Assembly (NCBI RefSeq): GCF_001830325.1
Contig: NZ_MHZG01000004.1
Location: 1-32,000, forward strand
Direction: 5' to 3'
DNA: 32,000 bases
Source of the DNA: Polynucleobacter sp. GWA2_45_21
GTDB taxonomy: Bacteria > Pseudomonadota > Gammaproteobacteria > Burkholderiales > Burkholderiaceae
Shown: positions 1-6,878 of the stretch, piece by piece
Position numbering within the stretch: the stretch's first letter is position 1
Layout: each line of letters opens with the position of its first letter
Position numbers and translations under genes: made by a program
The notes under the pieces: model-generated
What the model saw: only the letters and a program-made list of their open reading frames with translations
Told to the model about the DNA's origin: nothing
Database searches by the model: none

Positions 1-123
1 TGGATCAGTTAAATAAAGACTTACGTTAAGCAGGTCGCTCAGTTTTGGGTGAGAGTTAGCGTACTCAGATTATTGAATTGATGGTCTGCTTTGGGTCGGA
101 GTCTGCCTACCAGATATCCACAC

Positions 124-1428
124 ATGAAATGTCGGTTTACTCGACAAATTTTCCGATCGACCTTCCTGAAATCTGAAGTTAAGCTACAAGTGTCCCGAAA
201 CACGACACTTGAATTGCAAAATCTTAGCCAGCTTTTCTTCAAATCTAGTTCATCCCAATCTGCTGATGTAATTCGCCTCCACCGAGGCTTAGTAAGCATC
301 TTTAAGCGATCAGGCAGTAATCAATGGCAATGTCGTTTTAAGTTGCCTAATGATCAATGGCATTCTATGAGCACGGGCCAGGCAGATCTTGAAGATGCTA
401 AACAGTCGTCAATAGCGCTTTATGAGCAGACCATGGCTAAGATTAGTCAGGAATTAAGTCTCAAATCCAAGTCATTTAAGCAGTTAGCAGAAGAAGATCT
501 CGCGGCAATGGACATTGCCAATAAAGAAGGCAATGGAAAGGCAATCTTTAAGGATTACAAGTTTGTCCTTAATAAATACCTCATCCCATTTTTCGGCAAA
601 TTTCAACTTAAGCAGATTACTCCCGAACTGGTTAAGGATTTTGAATCTTGGCGCTCATCACAGATGGGTAGAGATCCCCAGGCAAGTACAAAACGCACCC
701 ATGCTACGACCTATAACCGGATAGTCACTTTAGCTAGAGAGCAAAACCTCATTGCCGATAGTTATCGGGTGCCTTTATTGGATCCCCATGGCTCTCCCAG
801 TCAAGCAAGGCCAGCGTTTAGCAGGGAAGAAATCGCTCAATTATTGGGCTATATGCCTAGCTGGGAAAAGGTCGGCAGATCATCCCGCACCAAGGAAATG
901 AGGCAACTATGTCGCTCCTATGTAGAGTTCTTACTTTACACAGGTGCTAGGCCTGGAACGGAGCTCAAGCCCATGCGCTGGAAGCATCTGCAATGGCACT
1001 GGATTGGTGATCAGCGGTATCTCAAGGTCTGGCTTTCCGGTAAAACAGGCCCTCGGTATTTAATTGCCAAACATTCGGTAGTGGATTGCTTGGAAAGATT
1101 AATTGCTTGGCATCAATTGCCATATAAAGACCTTAATGAAGTCATTGAGGCCAGGTTAGATCGTCTGATATTTACTTTCCCAAGAGGGGTTCAGCCTTAC
1201 AACTTTAATCCTCAGTTTGAGAATCTACTAAAGGAATGTAATTTGCTTAAAGATGTAGCGGGGCGCAATCGCAGTCTGTATAGCCTGCGTCATACCTATG
1301 CCACATTTGCGCTAGCTGAAGGTGTTGATATACACACCCTAGCTAGGCAAATGGGTACTTCTACATTAATGATAGAACGTCATTATTCAAAACTCACCCC
1401 AATGATGGCGGCAGCGAAGTTGGCTTAG
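124..1428 (+). CDS. Tyrosine-type site-specific recombinase / phage-type integrase (island integrase 1)
   Basis: ORF 91..1428. Catalytic-domain pattern: TGARPGTEL (Arg), SGKTGPRYL (Lys), LYSLRHTYATFALAEG, GTSTLMIERHYSKL (His/Tyr). Arm-type N-terminus GLVSIFKRSGSNQWQCRFKL. The start is uncertain (TTG 91, ATG 124, GTG 190, TTG 214). Repeat copy A at 186-211 argues for a downstream start. Confidence 0.85.
   Translation: MKCRFTRQIFRSTFLKSEVKLQVSRNTTLELQNLSQLFFKSSSSQSADVIRLHRGLVSIFKRSGSNQWQCRFKLPNDQWHSMSTGQADLEDAKQSSIALYEQTMAKISQELSLKSKSFKQLAEEDLAAMDIANKEGNGKAIFKDYKFVLNKYLIPFFGKFQLKQITPELVKDFESWRSSQMGRDPQASTKRTHATTYNRIVTLAREQNLIADSYRVPLLDPHGSPSQARPAFSREEIAQLLGYMPSWEKVGRSSRTKEMRQLCRSYVEFLLYTGARPGTELKPMRWKHLQWHWIGDQRYLKVWLSGKTGPRYLIAKHSVVDCLERLIAWHQLPYKDLNEVIEARLDRLIFTFPRGVQPYNFNPQFENLLKECNLLKDVAGRNRSLYSLRHTYATFALAEGVDIHTLARQMGTSTLMIERHYSKLTPMMAAAKLA
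186..211 (+). repeat. Hairpin-forming 26-nt repeat, copy A: ACAAGTGTC-CCGAAACAC-GACACTTG
   Basis: 24/26 identical to 12131-12156 (hand aligned). The 8-bp stem CAAGTGTC/GACACTTG is conserved and both differences are in the loop. Confidence 0.7.
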
Positions 1429-1973
1429 ATCTCAAACTTCCCGATATGCAATTCTTCACATAAAAGACTTTCAATATCCGCTCTTAGCTCAATCTGCTTT
1501 TGCCCATCAATAATGTCTGAAATGAGCTGGGGAAAATCATCGTTTGATATGTGCGTGGAATCGGATAATGCTTGATAACGAGCTCGGGATTTGGTATAGC
1601 AGTAAAGCGCCTCGTTAAATAAGGCTTCCATTTCATGAAGATCAAGCAGGGCGCTTAAAGCTGCGCGAATACATAAAGCTGAATTCTTACTCATGAGCCA
1701 ATAGATGGAGCAATCCTTATCTGCTAGGCTAGTGGCTATAAATTCGATATGTTTTAGATTGCCGATGACCATATAGGAGCGATTTGGTCCGGTAAAGTTG
1801 AGATACCCATCTAAAATTTTGATGGCATCAAGCTCAGAATCAATTGTCCCAATTGGTTTTGAATGCCCGCGGATATAGATCTTCTGTGAAGATGAGCTAA
1901 TCATCTGAAAGTATTCTTGATCTATGCCATGGTCTGGGGTGTCAAAAACAAAGACTGTTCTAGGGTAGCGCAT
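1425..1973 (-). CDS. Hypothetical protein (distal gene of the clamp-loader-like operon)
   Basis: 182-aa ORF, co-oriented 46 nt downstream of the AAA+ gene. No motif recognised. Its stop overlaps the integrase 1 stop (TTAG). Confidence 0.55.
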   Translation of the reverse strand: MRYPRTVFVFDTPDHGIDQEYFQMISSSSQKIYIRGHSKPIGTIDSELDAIKILDGYLNFTGPNRSYMVIGNLKHIEFIATSLADKDCSIYWLMSKNSALCIRAALSALLDLHEMEALFNEALYCYTKSRARYQALSDSTHISNDDFPQLISDIIDGQKQIELRADIESLLCEELHIGKFEI

Positions 1974-2019
1974 ATTAATTCCTTATAAGTACTAGCCGGG
2001 AGGGCTAGTACTGGGGTCG

Positions 2020-2733
2020 TCAAGCAGCCATCAAGGGGTTAATGGGTTCTGGGGTAGGTGCCACCTCAATAATTCCGCCAGGGTTGCTCGGGGGGTTACG
2101 AACAGATCTAACAAAGTCCTCAAGACGCTCTAAAAGCTTTCTATTGCTGGAGCTTACTTGCAATTGCGTGGTCAGTACTTTGAGTAATTGATCATCTGGC
2201 AGGGCGATGCCTTCTTGTTGCAAAATCCACTGCGCTCGGAAAAGCCAGTCTTTTGCTGTTACTGGAGGCACAGCCAAGCAATTACTACGATCACGCAAAG
2301 CAATGTCAACTTGATCGATGTAGTTCGTTGTAAAGATGAACTGGGTATGACCAATCATGTCATCGATCACATCTCTAAAAGCTATTGCTGCTTTGGGGGT
2401 GAAGTTAATTTCGTTAGAAATGATGTAGTTGCGTTTTTGATCATTGATCGTAAACACCTGATAAAACATAGTTTGATCACCAAACGCCTGCATGACATCG
2501 TTGATAGAGTTAAATTCCACTGCTTTAAGACGGGTAACTTCTGCCTTTTTACCTTCGATGGCATCAGGTAATAAATTGGCAATGGTAGTTTTGCCAGTAC
2601 CAACCCCGCCGTGAAGGATGAGGGGTTTTAAGTCCCGATCATTGATGTAGTCAGATAGCCTATTTTTAAGGGTTTGACTTCCAATAACTACATCATCGAG
2701 AGTCTTAGGTGCATATTTGAGTGCGAAGCTCAT
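2020..2733 (-). CDS. Clamp-loader-like AAA+ ATPase (RFC small subunit / T4 gp44-like), short form
   Basis: N-terminal LKYAPKTLDDVV (RFC box II-like KYRPxxLddv). Walker A GGVGTGKTT. Sensor-1-like FIFTTN. LRDRSNC in the position of the SRC motif. The Walker B position reads IISNE (Asp replaced by Asn). Confidence 0.8.
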   Translation of the reverse strand: MSFALKYAPKTLDDVVIGSQTLKNRLSDYINDRDLKPLILHGGVGTGKTTIANLLPDAIEGKKAEVTRLKAVEFNSINDVMQAFGDQTMFYQVFTINDQKRNYIISNEINFTPKAAIAFRDVIDDMIGHTQFIFTTNYIDQVDIALRDRSNCLAVPPVTAKDWLFRAQWILQQEGIALPDDQLLKVLTTQLQVSSSNRKLLERLEDFVRSVRNPPSNPGGIIEVAPTPEPINPLMAA

Positions 2734-2808
2734 GGTATTTCCTTTCTGATTGGGTAAAAGCAGGGGTGAGCCAGTAAGTGCTACACCCCTGTCAAGACTT
2801 GCAAAGGC

Positions 2809-3585
2809 TTAAGCCATTTCTTTGAAGAAGGCTTGATTGGCTGCTTCAGTAATCGCCGCTTGCGCTGCGAGTTCTGCCTGGGCTTTAACATGCTCCTCGA
2901 CCTTGTTGAGCAATTCTTGCGCGATCTTGCGAATCGCTTGCTCAATCATGGCGCCAGACGAACCCGGAACAACGCTTAAGACCTGCGTTTGACCACTAGC
3001 TAGCATCTTGCCAATTAAGAGCGTGTATTCAGCAGAATCAGCTGGATGCGCTAAGGCAGTTTTTGGCACCAAACTCAACGGGTGTTGTAGTTGGTTAACT
3101 AATAATTGCTTAACCTCGGCAACCTTATTATCAAGCTGACTACGCTTTTTAATGGTCTCATCGGTAATGCCCTTAGTACTGGCTACTTCTTCAATACCGC
3201 CTACCTTGATTACCCATTCAGCGAAATTACCCACTGAAATCGACTCTTTAGCTGCTACTCGTAATGCACGGGAATAAGCAGAAGCGCGGCGGCGCTCAGC
3301 ATTAAATACGTACTTTACGATCAAGGTCAGTACTGGGGTGCTGGTTTGTACCTTAATGCCACGTCCTTCTAGATTGGCTTTAATACCTTCTAAAACGACT
3401 TTCTCAGCAGAGCTGCCTTTAATTTCGTAATACATACCAAGGCAATCCGAGAGAAGGGCGTAAAGCGCCTTATTGGATTTATCGTAAAAGTCCCGTTGCC
3501 AGACTTGACGACGGTTTGCTAATGCATCTAGTTTTACCAAAGTGGCGTTAGCGATTTCTTGCTTTTGATTTGCTGTGATTCTCAT
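2809..3585 (-). CDS. Hypothetical, mostly helical protein (first gene of the clamp-loader-like operon)
   Basis: 258-aa ORF preceded by a strong RBS (AAGGAG, 7 nt before the ATG at 3585). Ala/Glu/Gln-rich coiled-coil-like C-terminus. No family recognised. Confidence 0.65.
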   Translation of the reverse strand: MRITANQKQEIANATLVKLDALANRRQVWQRDFYDKSNKALYALLSDCLGMYYEIKGSSAEKVVLEGIKANLEGRGIKVQTSTPVLTLIVKYVFNAERRRASAYSRALRVAAKESISVGNFAEWVIKVGGIEEVASTKGITDETIKKRSQLDNKVAEVKQLLVNQLQHPLSLVPKTALAHPADSAEYTLLIGKMLASGQTQVLSVVPGSSGAMIEQAIRKIAQELLNKVEEHVKAQAELAAQAAITEAANQAFFKEMA

Positions 3586-3729
3586 GGTGTTGCTCCTTCA
3601 AGTTTTAAAAATACCAACACGTTTTAGCGAAAGTGCTGATGAAACTTTTTGTGTTGATGGAGTCACTGTATATTTTTGAGATTTTTCGAACAAATCACAG
3701 CGTTGTTTTATTTCCTTGACACAAAATTC

Positions 3730-3760
3730 CGAAAAATCAAAGCCCCATGAACAGGGGCTT
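3730..3760 (-). terminator. Putative rho-independent terminator (minus strand)
   Basis: Stem AAGCCCC/GGGGCTT (3740-3746 / 3754-3760) with a 7-nt loop, followed on the minus strand by TGATTTTTCGG. Confidence 0.4.
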
Positions 3761-3806
3761 GTAAGGTGTTTTTAACATTGAGAAAAAATCACTAAAAAAC
3801 TTCGTT

Positions 3807-3854
3807 TGAAAATTTCATACAAAATTAACTATGAAATTATTGTGAAAATTTTCA
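3807..3854. promoter_or_regulatory. Pair of AT-rich palindromes (candidate operators) in a 387-bp intergenic region
   Basis: TGAAAATTTCA (3807-3817) and the perfect palindrome TGAAAATTTTCA (3843-3854), 36 bp apart. Related GAAAAnTTTC-like words recur nearby. Confidence 0.3.
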
Positions 3855-3900
3855 GTGAAGTGTTTTCAATTTACTATTAATCTTAGGCGAAAACTTCGCT

Positions 3901-3936
3901 CTAAAAATAAAAAACCAGCCGGGTGATAGGCTGGTT
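3901..3936 (-). terminator. Rho-independent terminator of the TA operon (minus strand)
   Basis: Stem AACCAGCC/GGCTGGTT (3913-3920 / 3929-3936) with an 8-nt loop, followed on the minus strand by TTTTATTTTTAG. It lies 37 nt past the toxin stop. Confidence 0.6.
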
Positions 3937-3972
3937 GATCAGAGTCTAATTGCTGATTAGCTGCTTAGTTGA

Positions 3973-4302
3973 TTACTTTTTTCCGTAGGCGGCATCGTGG
4001 TCTGGCTCAATTAATAACACTCTAAGAAAGTGATCCTCTCTAAAGCCGATCCCCCGAATTGATTTGCTAACCCGAAACGAGTAGAGTGCATCGATACCCT
4101 TTGGGGCGGGGATACTATGAATCTTTTCCCATTTGAGACCTTTGTCACGGTAAACCTGGTTCCAGGTCAGTTGCGTGATCTTCTCAAAAGTAGCAAAGGC
4201 CTTCTCTTGTTCGGCTAACTCCAATGTCTCCCAGGTAGATTGAAAGACCGGGCTATTGAGATCAAGCTCAACTAATGGCTCAGGCTTTACGTTTCGTGCC
4301 AT
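3973..4302 (-). CDS. Putative type II toxin (RelE/ParE-superfamily-like)
   Basis: 109 aa, overlapping the upstream antitoxin gene by 23 nt. The C-terminal part YSFRVSKSIRGIGFREDHFLRVLLIEPDHDAAY resembles RelE/HigB-type toxin cores. The family assignment is tentative. Confidence 0.55.
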   Translation of the reverse strand: MARNVKPEPLVELDLNSPVFQSTWETLELAEQEKAFATFEKITQLTWNQVYRDKGLKWEKIHSIPAPKGIDALYSFRVSKSIRGIGFREDHFLRVLLIEPDHDAAYGKK

Positions 4303-4570
4303 GCGCTTTAGCCATTTTTAATTTAGAAAGATCAGTCGCTTTTGCCGGGGTTTTTTGTGCCCAAGCTAGAGCAGCCGATAAGTCCTTTTTAACGGCAGGC
4401 GTATGCATCCAACGTTCATTATCAGGAATAACCGTGGCTGTACGAATCACCCAAACCCCTGGCTCAGGCGTTTCTACTAGTACTTGACGTCCTGCATGCT
4501 CTTTACCAAGCGAAATTTGTCCGCTTGATCCAATCGACTTAATAACCTGGTGATCTATGACTGCGCCCAT
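4280..4570 (-). CDS. AbrB/MazE/SpoVT-type antitoxin
   Basis: 96 aa. The N-terminal swapped-hairpin-like segment IKSIGSSGQISLGKEHAGRQVLVE is followed by a basic tail. It lies upstream of and overlaps a small toxin-sized ORF. Confidence 0.7.
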   Translation of the reverse strand: MGAVIDHQVIKSIGSSGQISLGKEHAGRQVLVETPEPGVWVIRTATVIPDNERWMHTPAVKKDLSAALAWAQKTPAKATDLSKLKMAKAHGTKRKA

Positions 4571-4596
4571 GGCATTCTCCTATATTCATGCTGCAT

Positions 4597-4627
4597 GATT
4601 GCATTATAGCATGATTTTTATGCAATC
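4597..4627. promoter_or_regulatory. Inverted repeat GATTGCAT-N15-ATGCAATC in the TA promoter region (candidate autoregulatory operator)
   Basis: Perfect 8-bp arms at 4597-4604 and 4620-4627, 27-57 nt upstream of the antitoxin ATG. GCATGATT occurs twice. A minus-strand TATAAT lies at 4603-4608. Confidence 0.35.
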
Positions 4628-4683
4628 GGACTGACATTTCACCATGGCACAACCCTGGGCAAAGTCTTTGAGTCCGAACTCAC

Positions 4684-5250
4684 TTAGATCAGTTCAACGG
4701 CCTGTCTCTTTTGCTCATCATTGACATCGATGTACCTTTGAGTCACCGCAATGGATCGATGACCAGCTAATGAGGCTAAGATTCGCACGCCAATGCCTTT
4801 ATTAGCCAAGGTGGTGATAAAGAACTTCCTTCCAGAGTGGCTGCTACCACCACTGATGCCCACATTCTTATACAGCTGGTGAAACCAAACGCATAAGCCA
4901 TTTGGGCTAAAGCGTAAGCGGTGATCTGTGTGAAAAAAGGGGATATCAGCGCCTTTGGCGTGTCTTGTTGTGAGGTAGTTGGCTAACTCCACCTGCAAAC
5001 GCTGCGAAACAAAGACGGTTCTGGGATATTTGCCCTTGGTCTGGGCGGCTGAGAGGCGAATCTCATTTTTAATGGTGCCATCGGGGTTCACTACATCACC
5101 CATCGTTAAAGAGGCTATTTCGGCTACGCGAAGGCCTCCGAGAAAACTGGTAAGAATGATTGCGCGATCACGCAAGGCATATTTTTTGGTGCTGACGTAG
5201 TCTAGAACAATATCAAGTTCTGCTTGAGATAAGGTTTTTGCTTGTGCCAT
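4684..5250 (-). CDS. Catalytic-domain-only tyrosine recombinase (188 aa)
   Basis: GGLRVAEI (Arg), TKGKYPRTVFV (Lys), SHSGRKFFIT (HxxR), LAGHRSIAVTQRYIDV (His...Tyr). No N-terminal SAM-like or arm-binding domain. Confidence 0.85.
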   Translation of the reverse strand: MAQAKTLSQAELDIVLDYVSTKKYALRDRAIILTSFLGGLRVAEIASLTMGDVVNPDGTIKNEIRLSAAQTKGKYPRTVFVSQRLQVELANYLTTRHAKGADIPFFHTDHRLRFSPNGLCVWFHQLYKNVGISGGSSHSGRKFFITTLANKGIGVRILASLAGHRSIAVTQRYIDVNDEQKRQAVELI

Positions 5251-5306
5251 TTGTTTTTCCTGTCATAAATAAAATGTGCGTTTTAAGTATGTTTCCTTAA
5301 CGGGAA

Positions 5307-5318
5307 AAGGTCGACCTC
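5307..5318. repeat. Left arm AAGGTCGACCTC of a 12-bp perfect inverted repeat
   Basis: Its reverse complement equals GAGGTCGACCTT at 6295-6306. It lies in the leader/promoter region of the small recombinase gene. Confidence 0.5.
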
Positions 5319-5383
5319 AGTTTGTTTGCTAACTGTCGTGTAACAGGACAAAAAGATCTTCCAAGAATCAATGACTTACAAAT

Positions 5384-5415
5384 CGGGTTAAGAATATAGT
5401 TATTTTCTTAACCCG
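5384..5415 (-). terminator. Strong hairpin; putative terminator after the 177-aa gene (minus strand)
   Basis: Perfect 11-bp stem CGGGTTAAGAA/TTCTTAACCCG with a 10-nt loop. A second 6-bp hairpin GTCGTC-TTTA-GACGAC lies at 5455-5470. Confidence 0.45.
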
Positions 5416-5491
5416 TATTTGCTTATAAGTATTTAGCAATCTTCATTAAGATCTGTCGTCTTTAGACGACGACCTTAGCTAATGCTTCAAA

Positions 5492-6025
5492 TTACTGGAT
5501 AGCGTATTTTTGTAAGTTCTCAAGTGCTTGCTTATGCCCACCGACAAATACGCCGTTTGTAGACGGTTTTTGAGGGGAATTTAGCTCTGATTGCGTTGTG
5601 GCTATCAGTGCTGGGGTGGGTTTGCCGGGAATTCTGGCAATACAGCTGCGGATTGGCAATTCCCAGTAATCATTTATTCCGTGCTCTGAATCTTTAATTT
5701 CAATATAAATTCTGCTGTAGTTCATATCCAAAGACGCATATCCCTCAATAGGGCTTTTTGAGCCATTCTCGTAGCGGTAGATCCAACTCATCAATACTCC
5801 ATCCTCATTAGCTGGGATATTGCTTAAGCGTCCTGCCATTTCCACATGCACTGGACTCTTTGGAAAGTGAAACCAGGCTTCAACTTCCTCAAAATCTACT
5901 AAATACTTGGCATAAGGATTGGGGATCTCTAATGTGCCGTTATAGATGGCCTTGCGATATTGACCTTTGCCGAAGGTTGTTCCGTACATCTTGTTTTCCC
6001 ATAAGCGGGCTGTGATTTCTTTCAT
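5492..6025 (-). CDS. Hypothetical protein
   Basis: ORF 5492..6076. I prefer the ATG at 6025 (MKEITARLW...), which follows AAGGAG by 7 nt. No family recognised. Confidence 0.6.
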   Translation of the reverse strand: MKEITARLWENKMYGTTFGKGQYRKAIYNGTLEIPNPYAKYLVDFEEVEAWFHFPKSPVHVEMAGRLSNIPANEDGVLMSWIYRYENGSKSPIEGYASLDMNYSRIYIEIKDSEHGINDYWELPIRSCIARIPGKPTPALIATTQSELNSPQKPSTNGVFVGGHKQALENLQKYAIQ

Positions 6026-6060
6026 TTTTAATCTCCTTGAATATTGAAAGGAGTCGCGGT

Positions 6061-6205
6061 GTTGCTTGAGATGCAAGGAGTAGCAGAGACAAAAGATAGT
6101 TGCTGTTGCTTGAGTTGCTGTTCAGAGCTACTCATTTGCCCCCAATACAGCAACTAACTGCATCTCTTACTGCAACTTATTTCTTCTTCGCATCTCAATG
6201 CAACT
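6061..6205. repeat. Repeat-dense divergent control region (AGTTGC/GCAACT words)
   Basis: AGTTGCTGTT occurs twice (6098-6107, 6113-6122). The opposite orientation appears as CAGCAACT (6148-6155), GCATCTCTTACTGCAACT (6160-6177) and GCATCTCAATGCAACT (6190-6205). GTTGCTTGAGATGC (6061-6074) is a near-inverted repeat of 6190-6204. Confidence 0.45.
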
Positions 6206-6294
6206 CATTACGCGACTCGTAAATATTTAGCCCTTGTTAATAAAAACCATATTTTTTATGTCCAAAATGAGCCGATTTGCTCGTGATCTAAAAA

Positions 6295-6306
6295 GAGGTC
6301 GACCTT
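6295..6306. repeat. Right arm GAGGTCGACCTT of the 12-bp perfect inverted repeat
   Basis: Reverse complement of 5307-5318. It abuts the likely -35 region of the 6368 gene. Confidence 0.5.
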
Positions 6307-6367
6307 AAAAAGCTCTGAAATTAACCTGTATATAGGCAATCACGCCATTGATCACAAGGAGATGCAT

Positions 6368-6808
6368 ATGAGTCAATTAAGTAGCCTCAACCTAGTAGCA
6401 GTCAAAAAGCCGATGCACCAACCAGCCATTGTTATTCGTAGGAATAAGTTATCTAGTCATTTGTGGGAGCAGATTCAATTAGCAAAAGGGCAGTTATCGG
6501 GAACCCCATTTGTATTAATGAAGTTCCGTAGCATTAAGGATGCTCACACAGGGGTGCGTAAGCAAGTGGAGGTTCCCAAGAGGATCAAGCCTTGGTGGTT
6601 TCAGACGGAGGAGGGCAAAGTATGCGTGTCCATTAAATATGGAGCGCGAATACTTGAGTTAGCAAAAGGCAAACCCAGTATTCAAGTTGATAGTGCAGAA
6701 GATTTAATTAAGGCACTTGAAGCGGTTAAGGTTGCAGTAGAAGCAGGTGATTTAGATGCACAAATTGAAAATGCTAGTGACTTATTAAGAGCTGGATTTC
6801 GTAGGTAA
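6368..6808 (+). CDS. Hypothetical protein (looks like a conserved proteobacterial family of unknown function)
   Basis: ORF 6362..6808. The ATG at 6368 has proper spacing from AAGGAG (6356-6361). Motifs: VEVPKRIKPWWF and AVEAGDLDAQIE. It is co-oriented 70 nt upstream of integrase 3. Confidence 0.65.
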   Translation: MSQLSSLNLVAVKKPMHQPAIVIRRNKLSSHLWEQIQLAKGQLSGTPFVLMKFRSIKDAHTGVRKQVEVPKRIKPWWFQTEEGKVCVSIKYGARILELAKGKPSIQVDSAEDLIKALEAVKVAVEAGDLDAQIENASDLLRAGFRR

Positions 6809-6878
6809 GCTGGGGGATCTCAAATTCAAGGTGGCGCCTATTGCTGAGTAATCCAACTTTACTTTAATAAGGAAAACT

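Noticed and set aside
92-99. TGGGTCGG just upstream of integrase 1 matches the tRNA-Lys 3' region (14366-14373). It could be a degenerate attL repeat.
   Set aside because: Only 8 nt match and nothing extends the match. This is too short to separate from chance without comparative data.
1425-3585. Interpreting the 258/237/182-aa operon as a true T4-like 45-44-62 clamp/clamp-loader set.
   Set aside because: The 258-aa protein looks predominantly alpha-helical with a coiled-coil tail, unlike beta-rich sliding clamps. I saw no similarity of the 182-aa protein to gp62. This is kept only as a loose analogy.
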